Both the position numbers and the translations under genes were made by a program. Of a DNA stretch of 64,000 bases, positions 26,208-37,779 are shown piece after piece. Under the pieces are notes generated by a model. The model was given only the letters and a program-made list of their open reading frames with translations. It was not told where the DNA came from and ran no database searches. Source of the stretch: a virus; IMG/VR virus record IMGVR_UViG_3300045988_023742, positions 1 to 64,000 of that record; one strand, given 5' to 3'. Every line of letters begins with the position of its first letter. Within the stretch, counting starts at the first letter, position 1.

Positions 26208-29200
26208 ATGCCAACATTAGGAAATTTAGGATTAAGAGGATTGACAGCTAATGATAGAAGCCAGTCTGATAAACAAGCAATAGCACAACAAAATGGGAGT
26301 AACTTAATGGTTACTCCTATTAATCTTAATATGCCTTCAAATAGGCAATATTTTCAGGGTCTTAGTGATACAAATGCTATAATGCAGAATACCTATCAAG
26401 ATATGCTACAGCAGTATAAAGATGAATATCATATTGATAGGGATAGAAATAGAGTTGGTAATCCAATGAATATAAAGGAGATAGCTGCAAAAGTGTCTCC
26501 TTGGTTTAAGAAGTATGGGTATTCTAGCTATGTAGACCTAAGTGATATGGACTGGGCTGAACTTGCAGCTTCTTATCAAGCTGCTAATGCTACATATAAA
26601 GATAATGGTGCAACTGCTAATGCAATGCTTGATAATGCCATTAAGAATAATGTAGCTAAGAATCAGCCTTGGTATGAACAAGCTTGGTATGGTTTTGCTG
26701 GTATGGGAGCTTCTGCTGCTGGTGCTGTCGTAAGTTTACTAGGCTCAGTGAAGGGTGCAATAGATTACTTTGATGGAGATTATAAAGATAATCCAAACCT
26801 CAATGGTTGGGATAACTTTATGAACTCAGTCATAGATAATGATTGGACTAGATATGGTAATGATATAGTTCAATATGGTACTGTTCTACCAGAAAGATTA
26901 AAGGAGGCTAAAGAGCTTGGAATATCAGATTTACAGATTGTAGAAAGTGATGACCAAGAAAATAGCTTATTAAGTTCAGCTAGTCCTTGGGTAGCATTAC
27001 AATCAGGTGGTTTTACTCTTGCATCAATGTTTGTAGGAGCAGGAGAGGCTAAGCTTGCTTCTATGTTATTTAAAGGTTTAGGTACAGCAACTAAAGCAAT
27101 TAAGACAGGTGAAGCATTAACAAGTGCTCTTACTAAGTTACAGAAAGCAGAGAACCTTACTAATAAGTTTGTTATACCAGGTATGGTAGGTACTATGGAA
27201 GGTCTTTCTGAAGGTCTTAATACCAAACAACAAGCAGAAGAAGAGGGTCTACAAGCTGTACAACAGATGCATCAACAAGAGGTAGGTGCTGAAGTTAATA
27301 GAAGACTTGGGCAATATGACCAGGTAATGATAAAAGATGGTGCTGATAATACTAGACAAGTAGTTAAATACAAAGATAGGAAGACTGGTAAACTATATGA
27401 TATTAATCAGATTTATCAGCAAGTGTGGGATGAATATTCTCCTAAGTATGAGGAGTCTTTAAAGCAAGTTGAATATGCTGCAACAAAAGCAGGAATAAAT
27501 AACTTCTATGTAAACTCTCTTATCAATGGTATGGTAAATAGTACCTTAAAAGCAGGTTTACAAGCCCCTTCTGTTAGAAATGCATTATCTAAGTCTAAAT
27601 TATTTGGTTGGGCACAACCTAGACCTAACTTTACTATTACAGGTAGTGGAGCTACAACAACTGTAACTCCTAAATTTGGTATAGGTAAGAAAGCTTGGAA
27701 TCTAATTAAGGAGCCTCTTGGTGAATTTGGTGAAGAATATATGCAGAGTGTTTCTGATGCTACTATGAGGGGTGGTGCAGAAAACAATATACATCAATTC
27801 ATTGATAATAAATATAAAGGTGATGGTAGTGCAGCAGTAGGAGATAATTTCTCAAGTGATTGGGGAGCTGCTTGGACAGCATTTACAGGTTCTGTTACTG
27901 ATAAGGAAACTATTAAATCTGGTATATATGGAGCTATATCTTCTGTAATGGGAACTCCATCATTAGGTCATAGAACTAGGACAGGTAGAATAGTTGATGG
28001 TAAGGCAGAAACTACTTATTTTGGTAGAGGTCTTAATGAGAAGGGTGAACTAGAATCTAATTGGGAGAGACTTAGAAGAATTACTCCTTGGAGAAGTGGT
28101 TTATTCCAAGCTCATAGAGAGAGTCAAATTCAACAGCATCAAGCTGAAGAAGCTGCTCAAGTATTACAAGAGTGGCTTAGAGACCCTAACAATAAAGATA
28201 AATTTGATGGTCTAGTTGGAACCTTCAACTGGGCTAAAGCTATGGGTGATGCAGGTCTTGGCAGTGATGAATTTGGTTATAGAAACAGTGCCTTAGGTAA
28301 GACTATCAGTGATGCTTTTATGCTACAAAAGCTTCAAGGTACTCAATATTATGACACTTATCTTAACCAGCTTACAGAGATTGCAAATCTTGAAGAAGGT
28401 TCAGAACTAGCAGAAAAATATATATCTGCAATGAGGGATAATGTTAATACCTCTGAAGAAAATCAAAGTGATGAAGACATTCTTAAGACTTTAAAATCAA
28501 ATGCAAATAAAATGTTATCTACTCTTGACACTGTTCAACAAGAATCAGATAGAGTAGATAAGTTACTTGGTAATGTTGATGAAGATACCAAACAATCCCT
28601 TATATATGGTCAGATGATGCTTAAAGATTGGCAACAGAGAGACCAGAAGCTAAAAGGAGAGCTTGCTAATATTCAAATAGAAAATTCAGTAGAGCATAGT
28701 TCTACATTAAGTGCAAAACAGAAAGAAATCTTAGCTGATTATAACTCTATTGCAGAAGCTAAAAAGAGACAGGCTGAAATTCAAAAGAGTCTTGATTCTA
28801 TCAAGGAAGATATTAAGAACATTACTAGTAGGAAGAATCTTACTAATAATGAAAAGAGTATTCTAAAGGATAAAAAAGTTAAAAGTAAATCTCTTGAAAA
28901 AGAACTTAAAAGACTAGATGCAATTAATAATATTGAAGAAGGTACCTCTGAGGTTCTTAGTGAAGAAGAAATCATGAATCTTGACCCTATATCTAGGTCT
29001 ATAATGCTTAGAAAGGGTAAACAAAAGACTTATGTAGCTACTCATGGTGGCAGAGAGGAATATAATAGAAGAGTTGAAGAACTTAATACTAGGCTAGAGT
29101 CTCTTAATGAACAGAAATCAAAGTATATAAAAGACAATGGTAGAGTAAAGAAGGGACATAATAAGCAAGTACAAAAGATAAATGTAGAAATATCTAAAGC

Positions 29201-32200
29201 TCAGAAAGAACTTGATGCTGTTAAGGCTGAAGAGAAGCCTTTCTATAGTGAAGAACAGCAAGCTGTAATAGATAATCTTGTTAATCAAGGAACTGCACAG
29301 GATGAAAACTTTCTTGATAAGATAATAGATGCTGGAAGAATTAAGAACTCTATTAATACATTCAATACTCAGTATCAAGCTATACTAAGTGACCCAGATA
29401 GTTTTAATAACTATGTATATAATGCTAGGCAATCTGCTGCTGATATAGCCTCTAGGAGAAAGTATCAAGCAATGAATAACATTCAGGACTATGCTACTTT
29501 TGCTAGAGAAATGGACAAAATGTATAATGAAAGTTCATTTAGAGAGCAATCATTAATTACAAGAGCTTTCAGAGATAAAGATAATGCTAACTTTGAAAGA
29601 TATAGTCAAGAGAGACAAATGCTTCAAGACCTTATAGAGCAAGTTTCTAGTTCTGATAATCATAAAGGCATGTCAGATAATGATAAAGAAATGTTTGCTC
29701 ATACTATAACTTACTTGTCTGATAAAGGAATTGACTTTAATGATAATCAAGCTGTAGTAGATGCTTTGTCAGCAGTAGATGAAAATGGAGTATCTGAGTT
29801 CAGAAAATATGTGGAAGAAGTTAATTCTACTATACCTGAAGCAGAGCAAACAGCCTTCACAAGTGTTGGAGAAGCCATACAGAACTTTAATGATGTAATG
29901 GCTACTTATAATAAGGAGAATGCTCAAAGAGAAGCTAATGAAGCTCCTATAGAAGTAACTCCTACTACACCAGAACAGTCTGCTCCTGCTGCTAGTCCAG
30001 AGCCAGTAGTACAAAAGGGAGCAACAGAAACTAAGACTAAAAGTATCTTTGATATAGCAGGAAGTAGTACTCCTGAAGGTGGTTATATTGCTGGTGATGG
30101 TTCAGTAATTAGTAATGAAGATATGCCTACTGAAACAGCACAGACTGAAACAGAGAGTAATCAGCCTACTAATAATGCTACTAGTACTGAGGAAAGAAAT
30201 CCAATAATACAAGCTTTTGCTGATAATAGTAATGAGGATGTTGCTAAAGCAGCAGAGATAGCTATTAATATAGCTAAGAACCAACCTGATAGAGGCTTTA
30301 ATGTAAAAGATGATGTAAGACAATTTATTGAAAGTCTAAGTACAAATTCATTTGAAAATGTAGAAGATTTTGTAGATGCTCTTATATCTTCAGCTAATAC
30401 AAGAGAGACTAATTCTGAAGATGGAACAGACCCAAGAGCTGATTTATTAAGACAGATAGCTGCAAAGATTAATGCAGCTAAAACTTCCAAGCAATCTGTA
30501 ACAGAAGAAAAGAAGTCTAAGTCACCTCTTCTTGATAAAAAGAGACAGCAGTTAGATAATACTAATAGACAGTTGAACTCTAACTATAATATGTTTCCTA
30601 ATGCAAACAGTAGTTCATCCTTTATAGCTAGTGTAAACATTGATAACATTAGACAAAGATTTCCTAATAGTCCTACTATAAAGTACTATGAGAAGTATAA
30701 TATAGAAGAAGCTTTAAGAGATGGAATATTGGATAACAATCCAGATATATTCTTTATTACAGATGAAGAATTTTCTGATGCAGTAAAGCAAGATATGGAA
30801 TCTAATGGATACACCTATAATCCTGAAGTATCTATGCCAATTATTGCAGTGGTAGAATCTAAGAATGGTCCTGTTGTTATTGGAGATAAGAAATACCAGC
30901 CTATTAGTGTAATGTCTTCAACTAATCACTTAGGAAGTGCAGGTTCTACACACATGGCTCCTATTAGAAATGCTGCTCAAAGTAATACTGGAACCCAATT
31001 AATATCTATTAATGGTAAAGCTATTGTAACTAAAGCTTATGGAAAGCCAAAAGCTTATTCAGCAGATATAAATTATAGAGGTAGAAATAATGTTACTGAT
31101 ATTGCAATAAATGACCTAAGTCAGGATGAAAGAACTTCACTAGAGTCACAAGATAAGAAGCAAAGAAGAAGAAATCCTGCATATCAGAAGGCAAAGAGAA
31201 ATTTCTTAAAAAGACTTGGAACCAAGATGATAGGTGGTAGAAAAGCATTAGTGTTTAATCAACCAACCTTAAATGGAAGATTTAATCAAATAGAAATATT
31301 TGTAAGTCCTATTAATGAAAGTACTGCTAGAAATTCTGATAATACCTTTGAAGAAGAAGCTAGAGATGGAGACATTATAAACTTCAATAGTAGAACATCT
31401 AGAGCTGCTAAAGCATTAGAAACTTTTGTCAAAAGTTTTAATTCAGATGATTTGGTTTATGAAGAAATTGATGGTCAAATAGTCCCTACAGAAGCAACTG
31501 CTGGAGCATTGCAAACTATGGCTAGTAATCTTCAAAAGAAGATTGATAATTTCATTAATATTCCTATAAAAGATGGGTGGGAATATAGGATAACTCCTAC
31601 ATCTGAAGTTGATGGTGATAATAGAATAATGGATTTAAGTCTTGTAAATCCTAACACCTCTGAAACAATTCCATTAGCTACATTTAATAGTGGAATGACA
31701 GAGCAGGATATTAAAGATTTTAAGAATGACTTCATTAGAAACTTGATACTAGATGATAGTGGAAAAGTCAGAATGACCAGTTCTAATGACTCATTTGCTA
31801 AATGGAATGTTCTATATTCTGATGCTGAAAAAACATCTGAAAGCAAGGCTGCTGCTGATAATATTAGTGACATATATGAGGATGGTATATTGGGAGCTGC
31901 TGCCACAACTTTTAATTATAGAATACAAGGTATTGCAGTACAAAATCCATTTAAAGCTGATGGTACTCCTGCATTCACAGAAACTGCTAATGCAGTAAAT
32001 GCACAATCTCAACAGTCTGTTACTACTCCTACTATTGCAGAAGGTCAGGTAAAATCAGGTAATGCCATAGTTACTGATACTGGTGTAGTTCTTGATGGTA
32101 AACCTAGTACTCCTACTAATCCTGCAAGAGAAAGAGCTGCTAATATAACAACTCAGATAGAAGATGATTCTAAGCATATAAAATTAGCTGATGATAATTC

Positions 32201-33296
32201 TGGATACATTGATACAAGAACAGGAAAGAAATATGCTAGAGTTACTTCTGTAATTTCTGCTGATGAAAGAGCTGGAGAAAGATTTGACCCTAATAGTCCT
32301 TGGGTTGTACCTTCTACTAATATAGGTACAGGCTTTGATGAATTTGTTAGAGACTTCTTTGCTGGAAAATTAGATAATATGACATCTGAGCAATTAGCTG
32401 AAAGTTATCCAAATGCCACAAAAGAAGCACTACAAAAGTTTAAAGAACAATTAATGGGTCTTAGAAATAACTTTATATCAAATGGTCTTACAATAGTTCC
32501 AAGAGATGTAACAGTTACAGGCTCATTAGATGTATTAGATTCCAATGGTAAGATACATACAGTAGATGTTGCAGGAACACTTGACTTGCTTGCTTATGAT
32601 GGAAATGGAAACTTCTTTATCTTTGATATGAAGACAAATAGAAGTGGTATAGACCAACATAAACAAGAAAAGTATTCAAGGCAGCTATCATTGTATAAGA
32701 AGTTCTTAGAAAATAAATATGGAATACAAGTTAAGTCACTTAACTTAATTCCTATTGGTGTTGAATATCCAGCTCCATCAGGTTGGAAGAATGGTTCAGC
32801 AGATTATTCAGTATCTCCTGAAAAGGCTAATCAGTTAATGATTGATGGCAAAAACTATACAGGTGCAAATCCTATATTGCAAGATACTATTGCAGTAAAT
32901 TATACAGAACCTCATATAGTTTGGGAGAAAATGACAGATGAAGAAAGAGCAATGTTTGGTGAGATTGAAAATACTGTCAAAGCAGAGACTAATGACGAAG
33001 CTAAACCAACAGAAGCTATACCTTCAGAGTCTCCAACTGAAACTGTAGACCCTATTTTAGGAACTCCATTTAATGAGGATTACTTGGGAAATATGTTTGG
33101 AATAGAGGTTACTGAACTAAATCATTATAGCATGGATATTACAACTAGGTCTACACCTATACCAGAGAAATATCAATGGAATAATTTAACTCAGGAACAA
33201 AGGGAAGGAATTGAAATGCAAGGTTTCAATGAGACTTCTTGGTCCTCACTTGAGGATGAAGAAATGGAGCATAAATTAAAATGCTTAGGATTATAA
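26208..33296 (+). CDS. Giant virion or cargo protein (2362 aa) with a C-terminal RecB/Cas4-like PD-(D/E)xK nuclease domain
   Basis: The ATG at 26208 lies 3 nt after the upstream stop, whereas the track start is TTG 26190. The C-terminal motifs are in order: ARVTSVI, GTGFDEFV, LDLLAYD, FIFDMKT (D-M-K at 32625-32633) and QLSLY (32682-32696). Confidence 0.6.
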   Translation: MPTLGNLGLRGLTANDRSQSDKQAIAQQNGSNLMVTPINLNMPSNRQYFQGLSDTNAIMQNTYQDMLQQYKDEYHIDRDRNRVGNPMNIKEIAAKVSPWFKKYGYSSYVDLSDMDWAELAASYQAANATYKDNGATANAMLDNAIKNNVAKNQPWYEQAWYGFAGMGASAAGAVVSLLGSVKGAIDYFDGDYKDNPNLNGWDNFMNSVIDNDWTRYGNDIVQYGTVLPERLKEAKELGISDLQIVESDDQENSLLSSASPWVALQSGGFTLASMFVGAGEAKLASMLFKGLGTATKAIKTGEALTSALTKLQKAENLTNKFVIPGMVGTMEGLSEGLNTKQQAEEEGLQAVQQMHQQEVGAEVNRRLGQYDQVMIKDGADNTRQVVKYKDRKTGKLYDINQIYQQVWDEYSPKYEESLKQVEYAATKAGINNFYVNSLINGMVNSTLKAGLQAPSVRNALSKSKLFGWAQPRPNFTITGSGATTTVTPKFGIGKKAWNLIKEPLGEFGEEYMQSVSDATMRGGAENNIHQFIDNKYKGDGSAAVGDNFSSDWGAAWTAFTGSVTDKETIKSGIYGAISSVMGTPSLGHRTRTGRIVDGKAETTYFGRGLNEKGELESNWERLRRITPWRSGLFQAHRESQIQQHQAEEAAQVLQEWLRDPNNKDKFDGLVGTFNWAKAMGDAGLGSDEFGYRNSALGKTISDAFMLQKLQGTQYYDTYLNQLTEIANLEEGSELAEKYISAMRDNVNTSEENQSDEDILKTLKSNANKMLSTLDTVQQESDRVDKLLGNVDEDTKQSLIYGQMMLKDWQQRDQKLKGELANIQIENSVEHSSTLSAKQKEILADYNSIAEAKKRQAEIQKSLDSIKEDIKNITSRKNLTNNEKSILKDKKVKSKSLEKELKRLDAINNIEEGTSEVLSEEEIMNLDPISRSIMLRKGKQKTYVATHGGREEYNRRVEELNTRLESLNEQKSKYIKDNGRVKKGHNKQVQKINVEISKAQKELDAVKAEEKPFYSEEQQAVIDNLVNQGTAQDENFLDKIIDAGRIKNSINTFNTQYQAILSDPDSFNNYVYNARQSAADIASRRKYQAMNNIQDYATFAREMDKMYNESSFREQSLITRAFRDKDNANFERYSQERQMLQDLIEQVSSSDNHKGMSDNDKEMFAHTITYLSDKGIDFNDNQAVVDALSAVDENGVSEFRKYVEEVNSTIPEAEQTAFTSVGEAIQNFNDVMATYNKENAQREANEAPIEVTPTTPEQSAPAASPEPVVQKGATETKTKSIFDIAGSSTPEGGYIAGDGSVISNEDMPTETAQTETESNQPTNNATSTEERNPIIQAFADNSNEDVAKAAEIAINIAKNQPDRGFNVKDDVRQFIESLSTNSFENVEDFVDALISSANTRETNSEDGTDPRADLLRQIAAKINAAKTSKQSVTEEKKSKSPLLDKKRQQLDNTNRQLNSNYNMFPNANSSSSFIASVNIDNIRQRFPNSPTIKYYEKYNIEEALRDGILDNNPDIFFITDEEFSDAVKQDMESNGYTYNPEVSMPIIAVVESKNGPVVIGDKKYQPISVMSSTNHLGSAGSTHMAPIRNAAQSNTGTQLISINGKAIVTKAYGKPKAYSADINYRGRNNVTDIAINDLSQDERTSLESQDKKQRRRNPAYQKAKRNFLKRLGTKMIGGRKALVFNQPTLNGRFNQIEIFVSPINESTARNSDNTFEEEARDGDIINFNSRTSRAAKALETFVKSFNSDDLVYEEIDGQIVPTEATAGALQTMASNLQKKIDNFINIPIKDGWEYRITPTSEVDGDNRIMDLSLVNPNTSETIPLATFNSGMTEQDIKDFKNDFIRNLILDDSGKVRMTSSNDSFAKWNVLYSDAEKTSESKAAADNISDIYEDGILGAAATTFNYRIQGIAVQNPFKADGTPAFTETANAVNAQSQQSVTTPTIAEGQVKSGNAIVTDTGVVLDGKPSTPTNPARERAANITTQIEDDSKHIKLADDNSGYIDTRTGKKYARVTSVISADERAGERFDPNSPWVVPSTNIGTGFDEFVRDFFAGKLDNMTSEQLAESYPNATKEALQKFKEQLMGLRNNFISNGLTIVPRDVTVTGSLDVLDSNGKIHTVDVAGTLDLLAYDGNGNFFIFDMKTNRSGIDQHKQEKYSRQLSLYKKFLENKYGIQVKSLNLIPIGVEYPAPSGWKNGSADYSVSPEKANQLMIDGKNYTGANPILQDTIAVNYTEPHIVWEKMTDEERAMFGEIENTVKAETNDEAKPTEAIPSESPTETVDPILGTPFNEDYLGNMFGIEVTELNHYSMDITTRSTPIPEKYQWNNLTQEQREGIEMQGFNETSWSSLEDEEMEHKLKCLGL

Positions 33297-33312
33297 AGCT
33301 TTTGAAAAAAAG

Positions 33313-33345
33313 AAAGGGTAGGGAGGATTAACCTCTCTACCCTTT
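33313..33345. terminator. Bidirectional terminator between the convergent late (+) and RNAP (-) operons
   Basis: 14-bp stem, aaagggtagggagg (33313-33326) with cctctctacccttt (33332-33345), with one G-U pair. An A-rich tract (33305-33311) lies upstream and a T run downstream. Confidence 0.7.
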
Positions 33346-33359
33346 TTATTTTATAGTTA

Positions 33360-36300
33360 TTATCTTGCCCTCATATTCTGACCATAATCAAATGATTTGG
33401 CTGCTTCATAAGGTTGTTGTAATGTATATACACTTCTAAGATATGGAAACATTCTCCAGAAATGAACATAAGCTTTTGCATCTCCTTCATCATATCTATC
33501 TTCTTTGGAAGATTGATAATAGAAATAAGAATCATCTTCATCAGCAAATGGAAGACCACCAAACTGTATACCCATCTTGGTTATATCAACAAGTGCTGAC
33601 ATACCAACAGGAGTTAAATCAGTAATAGTAGTTGCTTCAGTCCACAATCCCATAGGAGTATTATATGCTTGTTGTTCTCTATTTAATCTATTTGCAAAGT
33701 AATAGAGAATACCTGCAACCTGACTATCTTCATCATCATCGTCATCATCTCCATCTCCCTTAGCTGTTAGAGCTTTTAGTAGTACTAGTAGACTAATTAA
33801 TAAAGCATCACCAAAGTTTCTCCTCATATTAGCAACTTGGTTCTCAGAGAATCCTGCTCTATACATATCAAGCTTAGCTCTTTTTGTCATAGGTAAGCAT
33901 ATAGCTCTCATAGTCATCATAAAGCCACCTTTATCAGTAAAACCATTCCAAATAACCTTACCAAGAGTATTAAGAGAACCTTCTACATCATGTCCTAAAG
34001 CAACACTATAGTGACTAGCTGCATACCTTCTTTCAATCATACCAAGAGCATAACCTCTCATGGCTAAGACAGCATTACCAAACCAATTCTGTTGAAAAGC
34101 AACCTTATCTTGGTTATTATAAATACCATGCATTCTATTATTAATTTCTCTACACTTATCCATGAAAGCTGATTCATCATCAATATTCCATGTTAAGTTA
34201 TAAGCATCATCTTCCAATGAATGTATAGTATTCTCAGTGTCTGCTATATTATAGCCCTTTCTATTGAGATAATCTTGTTGTTCTTGAGTAAGATGTATTA
34301 CTGCTCCAAATGGTCCAGCACTTGCTGAATTTTGCAATTGAGATAATATAGATGTAATCAACTTATGCTCTTTTGCTCCTTCTTTATTCTTATAGAAAGT
34401 GCCATTAAGAGCTAATGTTTTACCACCTTTATTACCTTGAGTATCCTCATTATCTACAACTTGATAAGCTTCCCATAAGGATATTCTTTTACCACTTTCA
34501 TCATATACTTTAGTTTTATATGCACTTGCCAAGTATGATATAGATTGCATATAGTGGTCCCCTGACTTATATGGCAAGAATATACTTTCATTAAACATAT
34601 TATAGAGCCTTCTATACTTAGAATTAACAGTATGCCAATCTCTTTGTTTAGTTCTACTCTCTCCTAACACATTAAAGTGTCTTATGAAAAGATTTACTTT
34701 ATCTTCTTTAAACTCTTTACCATAGTTCCACCAGTTCTTTCCAAAGCTGCTAAAATATAGTTTATTTGCCATACCAAACTCTTTTAGATTGAAATACTCA
34801 GCTGCTATTGCTTCCTTGAATATTTCATTAAAACCAGTCATAGTATTAACAGAACCACCTATAACATTACCACCTAGAAAATATTTAGAGGCAAAACTAG
34901 ATAGAGTAGAAATAACTTTCTCAACTATTATACCCTTAAATATCTTAGTTTTACTAGAACTAACACCATAGACTTGCTTATCTAGAAATTTCAAGTATCT
35001 ATTATATGCTCTAGAAGTACCTTCTTCCTTGGTTCTTTCTTTTTCAGACTTGTCACCTCCAACTTTTCTTTCAGATAAAACTTCTCTACCAACTTCAAGA
35101 GTATCTACAACTTGATTCATTGCTAAATAGGTATTAGCCATGCCAGCATAAGCTAAGGTAGAATGAAATATATCTGTAGAAAGTTCATTCATATTTTGCA
35201 ATTTATTTACGCCATAAATAGGAAGTCTATGTATCTTTTCTTTTTCATGGGCTAGAGTATTAGCAAATCTTTCTTCTTCTTCAGAATTATATGTTTGGTC
35301 ACTACCAAAGTCAGTATCTTCACTACTTTCACAGAAGGTATCTCTTAGTTTACTTCTTAAAGCACTACCTACTGCTTTATCAATTCTACTATTCTGATTT
35401 CTAACAATGTTAGTGAAAGTACCCTTGAATTGAGGCATTCTTACTGCCAATGTACTACCTTCAGGCAATCTATCATCAAGACTTGTCTTCAATATCATAA
35501 AGTCATTGTACCAAGCTCTTAATCCTTGATGATTAGCCATAAAAACATCAAAGTCATAATTCCTATATTGGTCATTAGGAATATACTTCATTTGATTTGA
35601 ATCCCAAGTACTATTATTTTTATGCCAATCCTTAGCTAATGGTCTAAAATATGTATCCCATCTTAGAGCTTTCTCAAACTCTGTAAGGTCATCTATATTT
35701 GGAATACTTTTCTTGAAATTCTCAAATTCAGCATCTTTAAATTCTTTCCAATCTCTCTCATACTCTCCCCAATGGTATTCTGAAATTATATTTCCAGTAA
35801 GAGTCCCATCATCAAATCTTTCAAAAAGGTCTGACTGTTTCACCCCTTCAATATCATTAAATCTTTTTTCTAGAACTCTAAGTTCATCCCAAGCAAGATT
35901 AGTTAGATTATCAGCTTGCATATTAGCCATCTTAGTAGCTTTATCTGCAATTTGACCTATAATATCAGGGTTATTAGACATAGAACCTAAGAACCTTTCA
36001 AACATATTAATATCACTCTCCATACTCTCTAGTACAGAACTTAGGTCAACTCTACCTCCCTTTTGTAGAAATATTCTCTTTGTTTTTCCATCAGGATTCT
36101 TTTTCTGATGCTTCATATTCCATATAACTTTAGATGCTCTATATACATATTTAGAGCCTAAAGTACTCTCACAGAACTTAAGGAAGAATTGCTTCTCTTT
36201 TGTCATTAACTCTGATACTAGATACTCATTAGCATCATTAAGTTCTCTTGCTACCTTAGTTAAATCTATTGTTTGAATATTACCAACAGAATCTGTAACT

Positions 36301-37769
36301 TGTATATTACTAACATCTCCTGTTAATGATTCTTTGCCTGGCAATACTTTCATAGCTTCAGTAACCAATCTTTGTAGATTGAGACTTGCACTTACAAAAG
36401 TATGAACTTGTCTAAGTTTCCTACCATTATCTGACATATTATTATAGAAATCAGCAGTATTAAGGAAGTCAACAGAATCCAATAGATTATTAATTTCCTT
36501 ACCTTGCCCTATCATATCACTTATCATTGATAGAGCCTCTGCTATTCCATCAAGTGCCATGTTATCAGATAAAGTAGTATTAGGAGCAGCATTAATTGCA
36601 GTTAGTCTTCCTGACTCTGCTACACCCAATATAGCATTTACTTTAGCTGTAAGAGCATCATTACTTATGGCTTTAAGCTTAGCAGCTGTTAGAGCTAGAT
36701 TATTGACAACAGTTCTAAATACCTTTGTATTAAGGGAGCTATTAGCACTATATAGAGTTTCTCTTGTTTCAAGAGCATTATCAATGTTGCCTTGTGGATT
36801 TTCAGACATAAAATCTCTTGCAATTCTCTTAGCAATATCTTCTGCTTCTATAGTTGCCTTAGCAATATCATTACCTTTGAATGAGTAGAATATCTTCTTT
36901 GCAAGACTAACAACTCTATCAGCAAGTCTTCCCCAAGGAGTAGTCTTATCTACTTCATCCATTATAGCTTGACCAACAAGATGCCCAGCAGTTTCTCTTT
37001 TACTGTTTGCACCCATAACTTTGCTACTATATTCTTCTCCAAATATTTTTTCTTGTACATCTGGAGTAAGAAGGTTAGTAAGTCTTTCTACTAATGGACT
37101 ATTACCTAGAGATGCTACTGCAAAGTGACCTGCCTCTTCTGCTAATACAGGAGTAATATGCTCTCCATGAGCAACCCTAATAAGATTATACATTCCATCA
37201 GCAGCCTTCTTTGCATTTACAGTACTATATCTTCCATCTACTTTATCATCATTATTAAAGAACTCAACAGAAACTCCTGCTTTATTTAGATGATACATTA
37301 GGCGGTCTCTAAGAGTTCTATTTGCAATCTCTTGCTCAAGAGCCGCCTGATTAGCCTTAGTTTTAGGAACTACTGATAGTTCATACTGATTACCTACCTT
37401 CTTAATAGTAGCCATATATTCATCATTAAATTGACTATCTCTATTAAAACTTGTAAGTTTTCCTAAGGCATCATCATACTCCATTAATCCACTACCAATA
37501 TCTTTATTTAGAGTTGATAGTAACTTCTCTTGCTTAACATCTATCTTAGCAAGTTTTCTTAGTGAGTTAAATGTTATCTCACCATTCTCATCAAATTTGG
37601 CTTTATCCCTAACTTTGTCTAGGAAGTTTTTATCAGTGCCAACTCTGTAAAACTCCTTTGTCAAACCTCTATCAGAGAGGTGGTGAAGCAGGTCATTCCA
37701 TAACCTGCTTTCAACCACTTCACCTTTAGAGTTTTTGACATGACCAATAATTGAACAACTATTACTCAT
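33360..37769 (-). CDS. Large protein (1469 aa) co-transcribed with the virion RNAP; probably a packaged or ejected protein
   Basis: Intact ORF 10 nt downstream of the RNAP gene. It contains a poly-Asp tract, GDGDDDDDDEDS (about 33728-33757). Confidence 0.55.
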   Translation of the reverse strand: MSNSCSIIGHVKNSKGEVVESRLWNDLLHHLSDRGLTKEFYRVGTDKNFLDKVRDKAKFDENGEITFNSLRKLAKIDVKQEKLLSTLNKDIGSGLMEYDDALGKLTSFNRDSQFNDEYMATIKKVGNQYELSVVPKTKANQAALEQEIANRTLRDRLMYHLNKAGVSVEFFNNDDKVDGRYSTVNAKKAADGMYNLIRVAHGEHITPVLAEEAGHFAVASLGNSPLVERLTNLLTPDVQEKIFGEEYSSKVMGANSKRETAGHLVGQAIMDEVDKTTPWGRLADRVVSLAKKIFYSFKGNDIAKATIEAEDIAKRIARDFMSENPQGNIDNALETRETLYSANSSLNTKVFRTVVNNLALTAAKLKAISNDALTAKVNAILGVAESGRLTAINAAPNTTLSDNMALDGIAEALSMISDMIGQGKEINNLLDSVDFLNTADFYNNMSDNGRKLRQVHTFVSASLNLQRLVTEAMKVLPGKESLTGDVSNIQVTDSVGNIQTIDLTKVARELNDANEYLVSELMTKEKQFFLKFCESTLGSKYVYRASKVIWNMKHQKKNPDGKTKRIFLQKGGRVDLSSVLESMESDINMFERFLGSMSNNPDIIGQIADKATKMANMQADNLTNLAWDELRVLEKRFNDIEGVKQSDLFERFDDGTLTGNIISEYHWGEYERDWKEFKDAEFENFKKSIPNIDDLTEFEKALRWDTYFRPLAKDWHKNNSTWDSNQMKYIPNDQYRNYDFDVFMANHQGLRAWYNDFMILKTSLDDRLPEGSTLAVRMPQFKGTFTNIVRNQNSRIDKAVGSALRSKLRDTFCESSEDTDFGSDQTYNSEEEERFANTLAHEKEKIHRLPIYGVNKLQNMNELSTDIFHSTLAYAGMANTYLAMNQVVDTLEVGREVLSERKVGGDKSEKERTKEEGTSRAYNRYLKFLDKQVYGVSSSKTKIFKGIIVEKVISTLSSFASKYFLGGNVIGGSVNTMTGFNEIFKEAIAAEYFNLKEFGMANKLYFSSFGKNWWNYGKEFKEDKVNLFIRHFNVLGESRTKQRDWHTVNSKYRRLYNMFNESIFLPYKSGDHYMQSISYLASAYKTKVYDESGKRISLWEAYQVVDNEDTQGNKGGKTLALNGTFYKNKEGAKEHKLITSILSQLQNSASAGPFGAVIHLTQEQQDYLNRKGYNIADTENTIHSLEDDAYNLTWNIDDESAFMDKCREINNRMHGIYNNQDKVAFQQNWFGNAVLAMRGYALGMIERRYAASHYSVALGHDVEGSLNTLGKVIWNGFTDKGGFMMTMRAICLPMTKRAKLDMYRAGFSENQVANMRRNFGDALLISLLVLLKALTAKGDGDDDDDDEDSQVAGILYYFANRLNREQQAYNTPMGLWTEATTITDLTPVGMSALVDITKMGIQFGGLPFADEDDSYFYYQSSKEDRYDEGDAKAYVHFWRMFPYLRSVYTLQQPYEAAKSFDYGQNMRAR

Positions 37770-37779
37770 ATCTTATAAA

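Noticed and set aside
33728-33757. The catcatcatcgtcatcatc simple-sequence tract as a regulatory or slippage repeat.
   Set aside because: It is in frame inside the 1469-aa ORF and encodes the poly-Asp run. It is too short and too imperfect to call a microsatellite.
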